A stretch of 64,000 bases of DNA from Octopus vulgaris. Its lineage: Eukaryota. Below the pieces are notes generated by a model. The model was not told the origin of the DNA, ran no database searches, and worked only from the letters and a program-made list of their open reading frames with translations. The translations under genes and the position numbers were made by a program. Shown one piece after another: positions 15,740 to 28,777 of the stretch; the stretch's first letter is position 1, and each line of letters begins with the position of its first letter. The DNA lies in assembly GCA_951406725.2 (NCBI GenBank), contig OX597820.1, positions 33,170,001 through 33,234,000 of the forward strand, in the 5' to 3' direction.

Positions 15740-15743
15740 GTAT

Positions 15744-15812
<69 letters not shown>

Positions 15813-15856
15813 AATATATATTTATACACACACACACATATTATATATATATATAT

Positions 15857-16325
<469 letters not shown>

Positions 16326-16513
16326 GAACGAAAGAGAAAGAAAAGCAAAGAAAAAGGTGTAGTAAACCCATTGAAATTTAATTAGAATTCAAGATGTCAT
16401 TCTTCATTCAGTCATTCTTTCTCTCTCCCTCCTCTTCTCTCATCGTATAACATATTAATATACATATTATATACATATTACACATCAACATATCAAATAT
16501 TGAGCTTTGTATA

Positions 16514-16732
16514 CTCTCTTTTTTTTACTCTCTTTTACTTGTTTCAGTCATTTGACTGCGGCCATGCTGGAGCACCGCCTTTTAGTCGAGCAAATCGACC
16601 CCGGGACTTATTCTTTGTAAGCCCAGTACTTATTCTATCGGTCTCTTTTTGCCGAACCGCTAAGTGACGGGGACGTAAACACACCAGCATTGGTTGTCAA
16701 GCAATGCTAGGGGGACAAACACAGATACACAA

Positions 16733-16771
<39 letters not shown>

Positions 16772-16944
16772 CATATATACGATGGCTTCTTTCAGTTTCC
16801 GTCTACCAAATCCACTCACAAGGCATTGGTCGGCCCGGGGCTATAGCAGAAGACACTTGCCCAAGATGCCACGCAGTGGGACTGAACCCGGAACCATGTG
16901 GTTGGTTAGCAAGCTACTTACCACACAGCCACTCCTGCGCCTAT
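16514..16944 (-). mobile_element. SINE family A, full length
   Basis: Close reverse complement of the copies at 13372 and 58595. Confidence 0.9.
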
Positions 16945-17003
16945 AGGAACCAATTCTTTCTTCATTGGAAGAGTGTATAGGATTAAAAGCAAAAGAGAAA
17001 TAT

Positions 17004-17950
17004 CGGCGAGCTGGCAGAAACGTTAGCACGCCGGGCGAAATGCGTAACCGTATTTCGTCTGTCGTTACGTTGTGAGTTCAAATTCCGCCGAGGTCGACTT
17101 TGCCTTTCATCCTTTCGGGGTCGATAAATTAAGTACCAGTTACGCACTGGGATCGATGTAATCGACTTAATACCTATGTCTGTCCTTGTTTGTCTCCTCT
17201 GTGTTTAGCCCCTTGTGGGTAATAAAGAAATAGGTATTTCGTCTGCGTTACGTTGTGAGTTCAAATTCCCCCGAGGTCGACTTTGCCTTTCATCCTTTCG
17301 GGGTCGATAAATTAAGTACCAGTTACGCACTGGGGTCGATGTAATCGACTTAATACCTATGTCTGTCCTTGTTTGTCCCCTCTGTGTTTAGCCCCTTGTG
17401 GGTAATAAAGAAATAGGTATTTCGTCTGCGTTACGTTGTGAGTTCAAATTCCGCCGAGGTCGACTTTGCCTTTCATCCTTTCGGGGTCGATAAATTAAGT
17501 ACCAGTTACGCACTGGGGTCGATATAATCGACTTAATCCGTTTGTCTGTCCTTGTTTGTCCCCTGTGTGTTTAGCCCCTTGTGGGTAGTAAAGAAATGGG
17601 TATTTCGTCTGCCGTTACGTTGAGTTCAAATTCCGCCGAGGTCGACTTTGCCTTTCATCCTTTCGGGGTCGATAAATTAAGTACCAGTTACGCACTGGGG
17701 TCGATGTAATCGACTTAATCCGTTTGTCTGTCCTTGTTTGTCTCCTCTGTGTTTAGCCCCTTGTAGGTAGTAAAGAAATAAGTATTTCGTCTGTCTTTGC
17801 GTTCTGAGCTCAAATTCCGCCGAGGTCGACTTTGCCATTCGTACTTCGGGGTCGAAAAATCAAGTACCAGTTGCGCACTGAGGTTGATCTAATCGACTGG
17901 GCCCCACCCCTCCCCCAAAACTCCGGGCCTTGTGCCGAGGGTAGAAAAGT
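17004..17950 (+). repeat. Tandem array of SINE family B (head, four 182-184 bp units, then a fifth unit with a different tail)
   Basis: Units start GTATTTCGTCTG at 17050, 17234, 17417, 17600, 17782. Confidence 0.9.
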
Positions 17951-18020
17951 ATAAGTATTTGAAACATCAGTCAACGTTTGTATGTATGCTATAAATGTTG
18001 TACGTATCGTTATTTATGTG

Positions 18021-18070
<50 letters not shown>

Positions 18071-18206
18071 TATGAATTTAAAATTAGGGTGAGAAATTGG
18101 ATATTAATCTAATTAACATCAATTTAGTACCAGTGGTCTAGCATATTAAAATCTGAAGAGTCAGTAAATTGAATTATATACATATGAGAGGGATGGTCAT
18201 CCCTCT

Positions 18207-18257
<51 letters not shown>

Positions 18258-18640
18258 GAGTGAGTGGACAAACGGAAGAAGGGCACTCCTCAATATATTT
18301 ATTGGGAGTTACATGTATGGATCTAAACAGTTTGATTCAAATTCGTTGGTATTCTTGAGTTTCAAGTGTGATGCTAGTCGTCGCCAGCCATACATATCTT
18401 TAGAGGTGGACACATATCTCTAAAGAAAGATAGCTAATCGCCGGTGACCTATAACTTCTCTTAGAAACCTCTCTGGCGTTTAAGGTCTGGCGGGTCGTGT
18501 GTAAAGCAAGCGCTATTTGGACGCGAAGCTCTGGGTAACCCCATGGGCCGGCCATAACTAATATTGCCTAAATACTCTACAGCTCTATAACTTAGAGTGT
18601 GGTGCTTTTCTTTCGGAATTATGGTCTACTGACGATATGT

Positions 18641-18692
<52 letters not shown>

Positions 18693-18966
18693 TATATACA
18701 TATATACATATATGTGTAAACATGTATGTAATATATTTATGTATATTCAGGAATACGTCTATTTATGTAAACATCTGTATTTGTCTGTCAAATATATGTG
18801 CGACTTTGTGTGTATGAGTGTATGTCTGTGACGGTTTATATATATGCAAGAATGCGATAGCTTTTGTAGACGTACAATAAATAAACACTTCAAATATGTC
18901 AGAACAATGAGCGACTTTTATAATGCTTCAATGTTCAAATGACAACACAGCAGTACATACATACAT

Positions 18967-18997
<31 letters not shown>

Positions 18998-19020
18998 TAT
19001 ATATTTCTACTTTATGTATG

Positions 19021-19051
<31 letters not shown>

Positions 19052-19387
19052 AGATATAGTGCAATAACTATCATTATTTGTGTTGCTAGACGTATAAATT
19101 CCTTGTGATCGCACCATAATAAATGTTTTAGATGAGCTACGCACATTTATTCTTCCTTGTATATATCTTTATATCTATTTATAATTATATATATATATGT
19201 ATATATATTTATATATCATTGTATATCTTATATATCTTTATATGTGTGCATCCATGTGTAAATAAGCATGTCTGTCTTTATGTGTGTATGTATATACGTA
19301 ACCATCTATATATGATTGTATTTTCATTTACATAAAAATGTATGTATGTGCGTATATCCGCCTATTAAACTTATCCTTCTATATCAG

Positions 19388-19471
<84 letters not shown>

Positions 19472-19579
19472 CATACATATGTGCATGTGTGTATGTATGT
19501 GTATATATTCATATATGTATATATATGTATATATATATATATATATAGACTCATACACACATACACACACACGCACACA

Positions 19580-19624
<45 letters not shown>

Positions 19625-19628
19625 GCAC

Positions 19629-19667
<39 letters not shown>

Positions 19668-19699
19668 ATGGTTGAAAAGTAACACATAAGTTGATATAC

Positions 19700-19981
19700 A
19701 TGGGAAAAAGTCAAGGTAGAAAATGCTAAAATTATTTGTGTATTCGCAACGACCTCGAACCCACAAGAGTAAACAAGAGAGACAGAGACAGGCACAAACA
19801 AGGAAAATGCCCCTTGTATTTGAACACTATACAAATATTCTTTTAAAAATACTTTTCTTTTAATCTTTCCAAAATTTAATTGTTTTCTATGTTTACAGTT
19901 GAAAAAGTCTCAATGACTGAAACCGGTACTGAAATGTTTTTTCTAAAATTATTTTAGCATTTTCTACCTTTACTTTTTTTT

Positions 19982-19985
<4 letters not shown>
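19700..19985. mobile_element. Short inverted-repeat element with degenerate hammerhead motif
   Basis: About 35-bp inverted ends (ATGGGAAAAAGTCAAGGTAGAAAATGCTAAAAT and its inverse ending at 19985); CAG-TTGAAAA-AGTC..GACT-GAAA-CCGG-TA-CTG at 19896-19931. Confidence 0.55.
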
Positions 19986-20015
<30 letters not shown>

Positions 20016-20864
20016 GCACATAGATTATAAGTACATACATTGTATATACTTGTATACATCTGTCCATCTATCCGTATGTGTGCATTAGTATGTTTGTGTG
20101 TGTGTGTGTATATATTATTTCGTAGTACTTATTCTATGTGAGTATATAATTTTACATAGATTTACACACAGACGTTTTCATTTATACATGCATTCATACT
20201 TACATACATACGTAACATTCACTCTCTTATACGCTAAATTTCGTTCCGTTATCAAAATTTGGGATTTTATGTCATATTAACCCAATTTTGACAAGCGCTT
20301 TGCACACAAACAACCAAGAAAAAAGATAGAAAATTAGGTAAACATAACGACGTAGTTTGTGGCCGCTGAGAAATGTACTGTCGTCTGCTCTGACAATCAT
20401 AGCAACGAAAAAATGGTGGCCATCATTTTAAATATGAGAGACAACGGCGTTTGTTTTGTGTATTGGCATACTATTTACACTCTAATTAAATACACGGCTT
20501 AAACTTAGATAATTCTATTGTATTTGAATACACAGAAGGCATTTGTATGGTTAGATATATAGATAAAGATGTATATGTATTATGTGTTTTCCGAATCCAT
20601 TTGAATGTATGTGTACATGTGCCTATGAATCTCTGTGTGTACAGATATATATATATGAATGTGCGTGTATGTATGTGTGTGTATATGTGTGTGCGTGTGT
20701 GCGTGTGTATGTGTCATGTAGACATATATACATAAAGATCATTGTATGTGTGTGATAATGGTAGTGAAGTGGGTACTTGGATATTGAGAGAACAGCTTTC
20801 TTTCAACCATGTTATAAAAAAGAGACAGCGGTATACGTGTATAATCTTTAAGTCACACACAAAC

Positions 20865-20928
<64 letters not shown>

Positions 20929-20930
20929 GT

Positions 20931-21126
20931 ATTCGCTATGATAGATCGCTAGCCACTACACATTCTTTATTTTCTCTCCTTGTTTCTTTCTGTGTTCCTT
21001 TCTGTGGAAGAGCGTAGGTTCGAAACGTTAAAGACCTTTTCACTTCCCGAGCGTTATACTAATACATCCGTTTGTTGTCTACGCCAGCTGTCTTCTTCGT
21101 GTTTTGCTTTTTTGTGAATTCTCCCT
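20931..21126 (+). mobile_element. Short (TA)n-embedded repeat with hammerhead-like motif (family H1)
   Basis: CTTT-CTGTGGA-AGAGC..GTTC-GAAA-CG-TT-AAAG at 20998-21033; TA-rich repeats on both sides. Confidence 0.7.
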
Positions 21127-22192
21127 ATATATATATATATATATATATATAAGGTTAAAGAATTAAGGTTAAGAAAATACGTGTTAAACACAGTATCGAA
21201 ACCTTATTTGAGGGTAAGTCTCAGGTCGTGTGATCGCGGAGCACGTTCGCCACTTATGGCTACCAGGCATCAGCGATATTTAGCAAACATCGTTGTAATA
21301 ATTCCAGGATGGGCGTTGAGTATATATTAAAGATAAAAAGAGAAGACGGAATGTACCAACAAAAAAAAAATTATATCACTACAATTGTTTCTTCTTCAAG
21401 ATGCACAGCTCCCTTGTGGGTGTGGAGCAATGCAATAACATCAGATGCAATGCACAGTGCATAGATTAAGCAGGGAGATTTACATTCGAGTTTCGCTGTA
21501 TTGAGAGATTTTAACAGTTAGATTGACTCACAGGCAAACAGACGCGCACATTCTTACGTTTAATTCAATGCAAAGACATACAGATGCACACATTAATAAT
21601 GATGCTCGTAGATACACTACAAGTATGTATGTCAGTCAATCACACATGCACACAGCTATACACACATACAGAAACACACCTACACACACGGATACATCTC
21701 TTAGGGTACAAAGATTCACCAACCCATACATATACAGAGATCACATTAACACTGCCACTATACAGCACACGCACGCACACAGGTACACCCACAGACACAC
21801 TCACACTCTCACGCAATACTCCACCCACACCCACGCACCCCATCACACTCACACCACAGGACATACAAATATAAATGTACATTGACCCCTCCACAGTCTC
21901 ACATGTCTGCAGGCAAGTACACACTTATACACTCACACAATTATACACACACGCAGATATAGACATGTACTCATCAGTCTGCACCAGAGACTTCCACTCA
22001 GCACATATATACACACACAGGCATATAGAAACATGTCGACTCTGCACATATATGCACACACAGATTGCACACACTCACAAGACTACTCCGACACATGCAG
22101 GCACAGAACAATAAACAGCACGTGGGTAAAAGTTCACAGACCTGTCCATGGGCAAATAGCAATGTATGGAATGATAGCATGATATTCACTGT

Positions 22193-22650
22193 TCAATGTG
22201 GATTATGGCAGTTGGGTGCTTTGTTTACAGGGTGGTAATATTTGAAAGCTGCTTTCATGGCATGTAAACAACGTGTAATCCATTCCGTTAATTTATTAAT
22301 GACCTTTTGCCTAGTAAGCAAAATTGATAGGGTTTCTTCAGAGCACAATCCACAGATCCTACAATGTGTGTTGTAGGGTTTTGCATATTTTATAACTGAC
22401 CATGAAATCTCATATTTAATCCTATCGGTTTTTAGTTGCCATAGAAAATCCACCAGTGATGCCACGTATTTCTTGTTCAGTTTTTTAAAACTAGAAACGA
22501 TTTCTATATTGATTCTTGAAAGAATAAGCCGTGGCACCAACGTACACATAAGAGCCTCCCCTCGTATGCACAGTGCATTTATATACGATGTTATGAGTTA
22601 TGCAAAGATTATCCAATGGGCAATTATATTTTTTCCTGAAGGAGCACCTT
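22193..22650 (-). pseudogene. PLE GIY-YIG endonuclease domain, frameshifted
   Basis: IVY-x-YVG motif preceded by a Cys-rich linker; CxLC and C-x-H motifs at the C-terminus. Confidence 0.8.
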
Positions 22651-22951
22651 TATGCGGCCGTTGTTGGTGACCGCGGGTTGTGTAGTGGTTGTCCTGTCAT
22701 TCCAGTTATAGTTGGTTGTGGATTCATCATGCTGTTGGTGGGCAGGTTCTGTAGTGTCACTGTTATAGGTATATTATTAGTTCTGGATGTGCCCACGAGT
22801 ATAGTTACTAACGTGTGCGTCTGTATGTCTTTGCATTGAATTAACCGTAAGAATGTGCGCGTCTGTGTGCCTGTGCGTCATTCTAACTGTTGAAATCTCT
22901 CAATACGGCGAAACTCAAAACTTAAACTCCCATCTTAAAACTTTATTATCC

Positions 22952-23054
22952 CACCTGAGGAATCTTCAATGCACTGTGCGTTGCATCTGGTGATATTGCG
23001 ACGTTCCATGCCCACAAGGGAGCAGTGCATTTTGAAGATGAAACAATTGTGGTA
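22952..23054 (+). ncRNA. Hammerhead ribozyme motif in pLTR (cleavage triplet mutated in this arm)
   Basis: CTGAGGA (22955), stem II ATCTTCAA-TGCACTG / CAGTGCA-TT-TTGAAGAT, GAAA (23040), palindromic CAATTG. The other arm keeps the GTA triplet but lacks the CTGAGGA core. Confidence 0.6.
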
Positions 23055-23146
23055 ATATAATTTTTTTTCGATATATCCGTCTTCACTTTTTATCTTTAAT
23101 GTGTGTGTGTGTGTGGGTATGTGTGTGTGTGGGGGGGTATGTGTGT

Positions 23147-23182
<36 letters not shown>

Positions 23183-23366
23183 TTCACAGATGAGATCCAG
23201 AGATTCTCTTTTTAGAAGACACTTGGTAGTGCTCAAAAGATTCAAACTTGAACTCTTTATAGGAGATCATTCCACAAGGTAAAGAAAGCTTATAAGAAGG
23301 ATGAAGTTGAGCGGGTATATAGGAAGTTATGCAGATAAATAAATTAGATACATCAAATATATTAAA

Positions 23367-23531
23367 CAGGCGCAGGAGTGGCTGTGTGGTAAGAAGCTTG
23401 CTTATCTACTACATGGTTCCAGGTTCAGTCCCACTGTGTGGCACCTTGGCCAAATGTCTTCTACTTTAGCCTCGGGCCGACCAAAGCCTTGTGAGTGGAT
23501 TTGGTAGACGGAAACTAAAAGAAGCCCGTCG

Positions 23532-23564
<33 letters not shown>

Positions 23565-23608
23565 ATGTGTGTGTGTGTGTGTGTGTGTCTGTGTGTGTGT
23601 CTGCGTGT

Positions 23609-23641
<33 letters not shown>

Positions 23642-23855
23642 CTTGTGTGTCTGTGTTTGTTCCCCCAACATCGCTTCATAACCGATGCTGGTGTGTTTAC
23701 GTCCCCCTAACTCAGCGGTTCGGCAAAAGATTACCAATAGAATAAGTACTAGGCTTACAAAGAGTAAGTCCTGGTGTCGATTTGCTCGACTAAATGCGGT
23801 GCTCCAGCATGGCCGCAGTCACATGACTGAAACAAGTAAAAGAGTAAAAGAGAGA
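23367..23855 (+). mobile_element. SINE family A, full length
   Basis: Family A head, internal microsatellite and tail. Confidence 0.9.
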
Positions 23856-24311
23856 GAGAGTATCAAATATATTAGTTTGGGTATGAAGTACACAATATGT
23901 ATATATGCATAAATGCAAAACGAGAGAAAGCAAAAGGTGGAGACTTTCAGATGATAAATTTTTAAGTATAAATATATAAGCATTTATATTAATAGGTCCA
24001 ACTTACACAAAGTACAAACGACAGAGAAAATTAAATGGGCAGAAGAAAGGTATTACAAGTCCAACAACTGTTTCTGGGAGCTAGGTGATTCATAATAAAC
24101 TAGGCTCAATGTTGACAGATTTAGTTCACCACAATATGCGGTCATATGGATGCTCATCTCATCCAACGTTAATTGCATCCATACAGCCACGTATTGTGAT
24201 GAACTAAATCTATCAGCATTTACTTCTACAATTAGTAAATGCTTCGTTGTTGATCTTAGTTGCGCTTTGCAGAAATAACAACAATTTAACACGCGCACAC
24301 ACACACACACA

Positions 24312-24356
<45 letters not shown>

Positions 24357-24477
24357 TTTAGTTACCAGTGTGCGCTGTGAATTCTCTTTCAATGCTAACT
24401 AAATGTCACAGTTATTGAGCTATTGAGCACTTTAGTTTCTGTCTGCAAGCATTTTTCTTACGAACAAACACACAGAA

Positions 24478-24589
<112 letters not shown>

Positions 24590-24749
24590 CTATATATATA
24601 TATATATATACGTATAGAAATATAATATTATATTTATTATATTTGTATACAAAAAATATATAGTCTAATGACTAACTCGTCTTTTGTGCTAGGCCACTGG
24701 TAATAATAATTTATTTTATCATCCTATTTGATTATATATTTATATATAC

Positions 24750-24874
<125 letters not shown>

Positions 24875-24883
24875 TAGATATAG

Positions 24884-24954
<71 letters not shown>

Positions 24955-26717
24955 CAGAGGGAGTGGAAGAGAGAGAGAGAGACATGCATGTACATAAGTA
25001 CATACATACATGCACAGATACACACACACTCGTACGCAGATAGATACATATACAGATGTATTATAACCATGTCTGTCTGTATGTATTTAGGTTTATTTGT
25101 AAGTATACATGTGTGTATGTGTGTGTACGTGTGTGTGCACCGTATGTATGAAAGTTGTCTACTAAATATATGTATTGAAAGTGAAGAGCTCTATAATACA
25201 TGACAATGACTGTAAGGCTAACTGAGAGAGTGAGAGGGGAGAGTGAGAGACTGAGACAAGGAATGATTGAAAGAGAGAGAAGGAGAGCAAGAGAAGTAGT
25301 TAGAGAAATAGAAAGACAGAGAGAGAGAGAGAGAATGAGAGGGAGAGAGAGAAAAGGGAAGAGAGAGACAAATGGCTTAAAAAAACAGGCGGAAACGAAC
25401 GTCTCAAGAGAATACAGAATTTTAAACGGTTTACACGATTTCAATATATGAATAAATAAAAGGATAGATAAATAAATAAATGAATAAATAAATAAGTAGA
25501 TAAAAGGAATAGCAACAAGAAAAATACTGAAAATATACAATACGATTTCATTAGTAAACAAAACTGTCAACGGTGTATTATAAGACGACTACGTACTCAA
25601 GACAGGTCAACTCGATCTTATTTGAGCTGGGGTTACACAACAACAATGACAGCATATATGCATACAGACACTTACTGAACAGCCGATCTATACAATAGTT
25701 ATATTGTAAGGTACACACAATATACGTCAGTATAGATTATACCACTGAACGTTGGAGAGAGCTGTGGAGTGCTCAACGATGAACGGGCATGGAATATCTC
25801 GACAATGGGTGGGGTAACTCTTTAGTACTAGGGTCTATTTACAACTGCTTCAGAGTCTGTGTAGGCACATCTGTGCTGACCAAAATAATGACTCTTTAAC
25901 TTTAAAAATCAATATTTACGTAATCTAATTTAAATTACCATTTCTTTAGTTTAAAAGATGAATTTTGTTTTTTCATTTCCCCATACGGGTTTTTGGAAAA
26001 CTTCGTCAGTGAATGACTTTAAATTATATGCGGAGAAATTTAGTCGTTGGAAGATTCTAGATGGAACATGGATGGTCATTTAACTGACTAACTATTGTTT
26101 TGGTATTACAGAACAACAATAACAACAGCAACGACAACAACAACAGCAACAACAACAAAACAATGGCAATAAAAACTGAATAGAAGATTCTTCTGCAGTA
26201 CTTAGACTAAAAGCGTTGCCCTGAAAAATGATAAAAAGCAGATTCATAAAGCTATACTTAATATCCATCAGGCAATGCGGTATTTATACCGGCTTTTTGC
26301 GTTCTTAGGTTAAATCCTGTCGAGGTCAAATTAGACTATCCTTTAAGGGTCTATGAAATAAATTCCCAGTCAAGTACTAGAGTCAACGTAATCGATTAAA
26401 CCCCACTTCCTTCTAAAATTACTTGACTTGAGTCAGAATTTGTAGCAAGTATTGAAAACGTTGAGCTGGCAGAATGGTTAGCATATCGGGTAAAAGCTTA
26501 TCGCCATTTTTTGAGATCAAATATCGTTGAGGGCGACTTTCCCTTTCATCGTTTCAGGGTCGATAAAATAAATACCAGTTGAGCACTGAAGCTGATATTA
26601 TTGACTTAATCCCTCCATCGATATTTCTGGCTTTATGCCAAAATCTCAAACCAATATTTCATTATTCCACAGACAACCACACAATCTAGCCATTAAAACT
26701 AAGCTCTAAACAGTAAG

Positions 26718-26953
26718 TACCTATTTCTTTACTACCCACAAGGGGCTAAACACAGAGAGGACAAACAAGGACAGACAAACGGATTAAGTCGATTATATCG
26801 ACCCCAGCGCGTAAATGGTACTTATTTAATCGACCCCGAAAGGATGAAAGGCAAAGTCGACCTCGGCGGAATTTGAACTCAGAACGTAGCGGCAGACGAA
26901 ATACCGTTGAGCATTTCGCCCGGCGTGCTAACGTTTCTGCTAGCTCGTCGCCT
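26718..26953 (-). mobile_element. SINE family B, full length, flanked by older degenerate B-type copies (about 26270-26655 and 26960-27110)
   Basis: Near-identical to 7354-7590. Confidence 0.85.
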
Positions 26954-27576
26954 TTTAAATAGTAAATACCACTTGAGTACTGAGGTCGGTAAATAAATAC
27001 CAGTTGAGCACTGGGGTCGAAAAATAAATACCACTGGAGTCGATGTAATCGATTTACTCCACTACATCAAGATTTCTGACCCTGTGCAAAAAAAATTTGA
27101 AATCGTTATCGTTTTACACTGTAACTTCTTACATGGTCGTACTCAAGACTGGTCTAATAAGCTAAAACAGATCCAGTATTAAATTTGACTCCCATTAAGC
27201 CAGGAGTCGATAAAGTATAGTAGGAATGAAGTGCGGCTGTTCTTGATCTAATCGATTATAGCCTTCCGTCACATGTGTGGCCTTGTGCCTATGTGAGAAA
27301 TTACTATTGTTATGGTGAAAGAAAGAATACAACGGAGAGAAAATATATACAATTGAACAAGAAACAATAGAACGGAGAAGGAGACAAACATAACAATAGA
27401 CATGAATATCTATAGTTCTGACTGTCCTATGTATGTTTGCATGTATGTACGAATGGAGGAAGGAAGGAATGTGTGTGTGTATGTGTGCGTATGTGTGTGT
27501 GTGCATGTATGTTTGTTTCCCTGTAAGTTTGTATGTTTGTCTCTTCCACTCTTACTGTCACCCTTCTGCTATATGG

Positions 27577-27612
<36 letters not shown>

Positions 27613-27672
27613 TCTCTCTCACTCTCTCTCTCTCTCACTCTTTCTCTCTCTCTCTGTTCCTACACACATATG

Positions 27673-27709
<37 letters not shown>

Positions 27710-27952
27710 CTTAGGCATAGCGATAGTACTAACCTGGTGTTAAAACTCAGTATGCATATGCTTCAGAAAAAAGCGTCAGTTGATTAGGGAGTGTAATATG
27801 AAATTAAATAAATTACAAAAAAGCAGAAAATTGCACAATGAGCTTCAGTAACTTACACCTGTTTCAGTAACAAGATGTGGTACACTCGAAGCTTTCTAGA
27901 TACATACATACATACATACATACATACATACATACATACATACATACATACA

Positions 27953-27983
<31 letters not shown>

Positions 27984-27989
27984 GTATAA

Positions 27990-28730
27990 AACTTGTTTTA
28001 AATCTCTGACGCGAGAGATATACAGTAACAGTATCGGATAGTAATGTTTATATGCCAACAGAATGTGGCAGCCCTATAAAGGACGCTGTTACTGTTGTTT
28101 TAACCCCAGGAAAACATCTTTTCCAGTTGGCTATTGACACACAGTTTGTGTCCAATAGCATTTGCAAGGGTGGACATCGCTCCCATCTCTACCTTTACGT
28201 TATACTCACAGATCTAAGTTTCTGAACGTTATCTCTCTCCTCAGTGTGAGATAACCACACGCTAATTACGAAAACTCTCCCTACTTGCAAATACTATATA
28301 TTTTTTAAGCGACACACAGTCACTGATCTCGTATAGAGAAAGACAACTTTATAGGACCACCACACTTTATAGGACTGCCACATCCAGCTGGCATATAAAA
28401 ATTACTATCCAGTACTGTTACTGCATATCGCTTGCTCAGAGATTTAAAATAAGTTGTTTTTCTGTATAACAGATCAGCGACAGTGTGTCGCTTAAAATAT
28501 ATATATAGTTTTTGCAAGTGGAGAAAGCTTTCGTCACTAACTTGGAGTTGTCTCGCACTGAGGACGGATAACATTCAGAAATCTAAATCTGTGAGTATCA
28601 CGTAAGGCTAGAGATGGGAGCGATGACCTCCCTTGCAAATGCTGTCGATATCCAGCTGGAAAAAAGTTTACCTGGGGCTAAAACAACAGTAACATCGTCC
28701 TTTATAGGACTGCCACATCCTGTTGGCCAT

Positions 28731-28735
<5 letters not shown>
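27990..28735. mobile_element. Inverted pair of ~335-bp hammerhead-containing monomers
   Basis: 27990-28350 (minus) and 28365-28735 (plus) are diverged copies; direct repeat CTTTATAGGACTGCCACATCC at 28365 and 28700; microsatellites on both flanks. Confidence 0.75.
28552..28595 (+). ncRNA. Minimal type-I hammerhead ribozyme motif (second copy on minus at 28205-28250)
   Basis: CTCGCA-CTGAGGA-CGGATAACATTCA-GAAA-TCTAAA-TC-TGTGAG: 6-bp stem I, canonical core, ATC triplet, weak stems II and III. Confidence 0.65.

Positions 28736-28773
<38 letters not shown>

Positions 28774-28777
<4 letters not shown>

Larger units (their letters stand above)
21326..23100 (-). mobile_element. 5'-truncated Penelope-like element with inverted pLTR arms and frameshifted GIY-YIG endonuclease
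   Basis: Arms 21326-21600 and 22805-23100 are inverted copies. The minus strand reads CSFRKKYNCPLDNLC..NIVYKCTV..YVYVGAT, then after a frameshift near 22500 SLVDFLWQLK..YEISWSVI..AKPY..CGLC..INKLTEWITRCLH. Confidence 0.8.

Noticed and set aside
17050-17950. CRISPR-like repeated array
   Set aside because: The units are contiguous SINE copies without unique spacers; eukaryotic context and no cas genes.
18256-18636. Possible minus-strand hammerhead (CTAAAGA...stem...GTAA) in a TA-embedded fragment
   Set aside because: Both core boxes are mutated and there is no stem III; not supportable from one copy.
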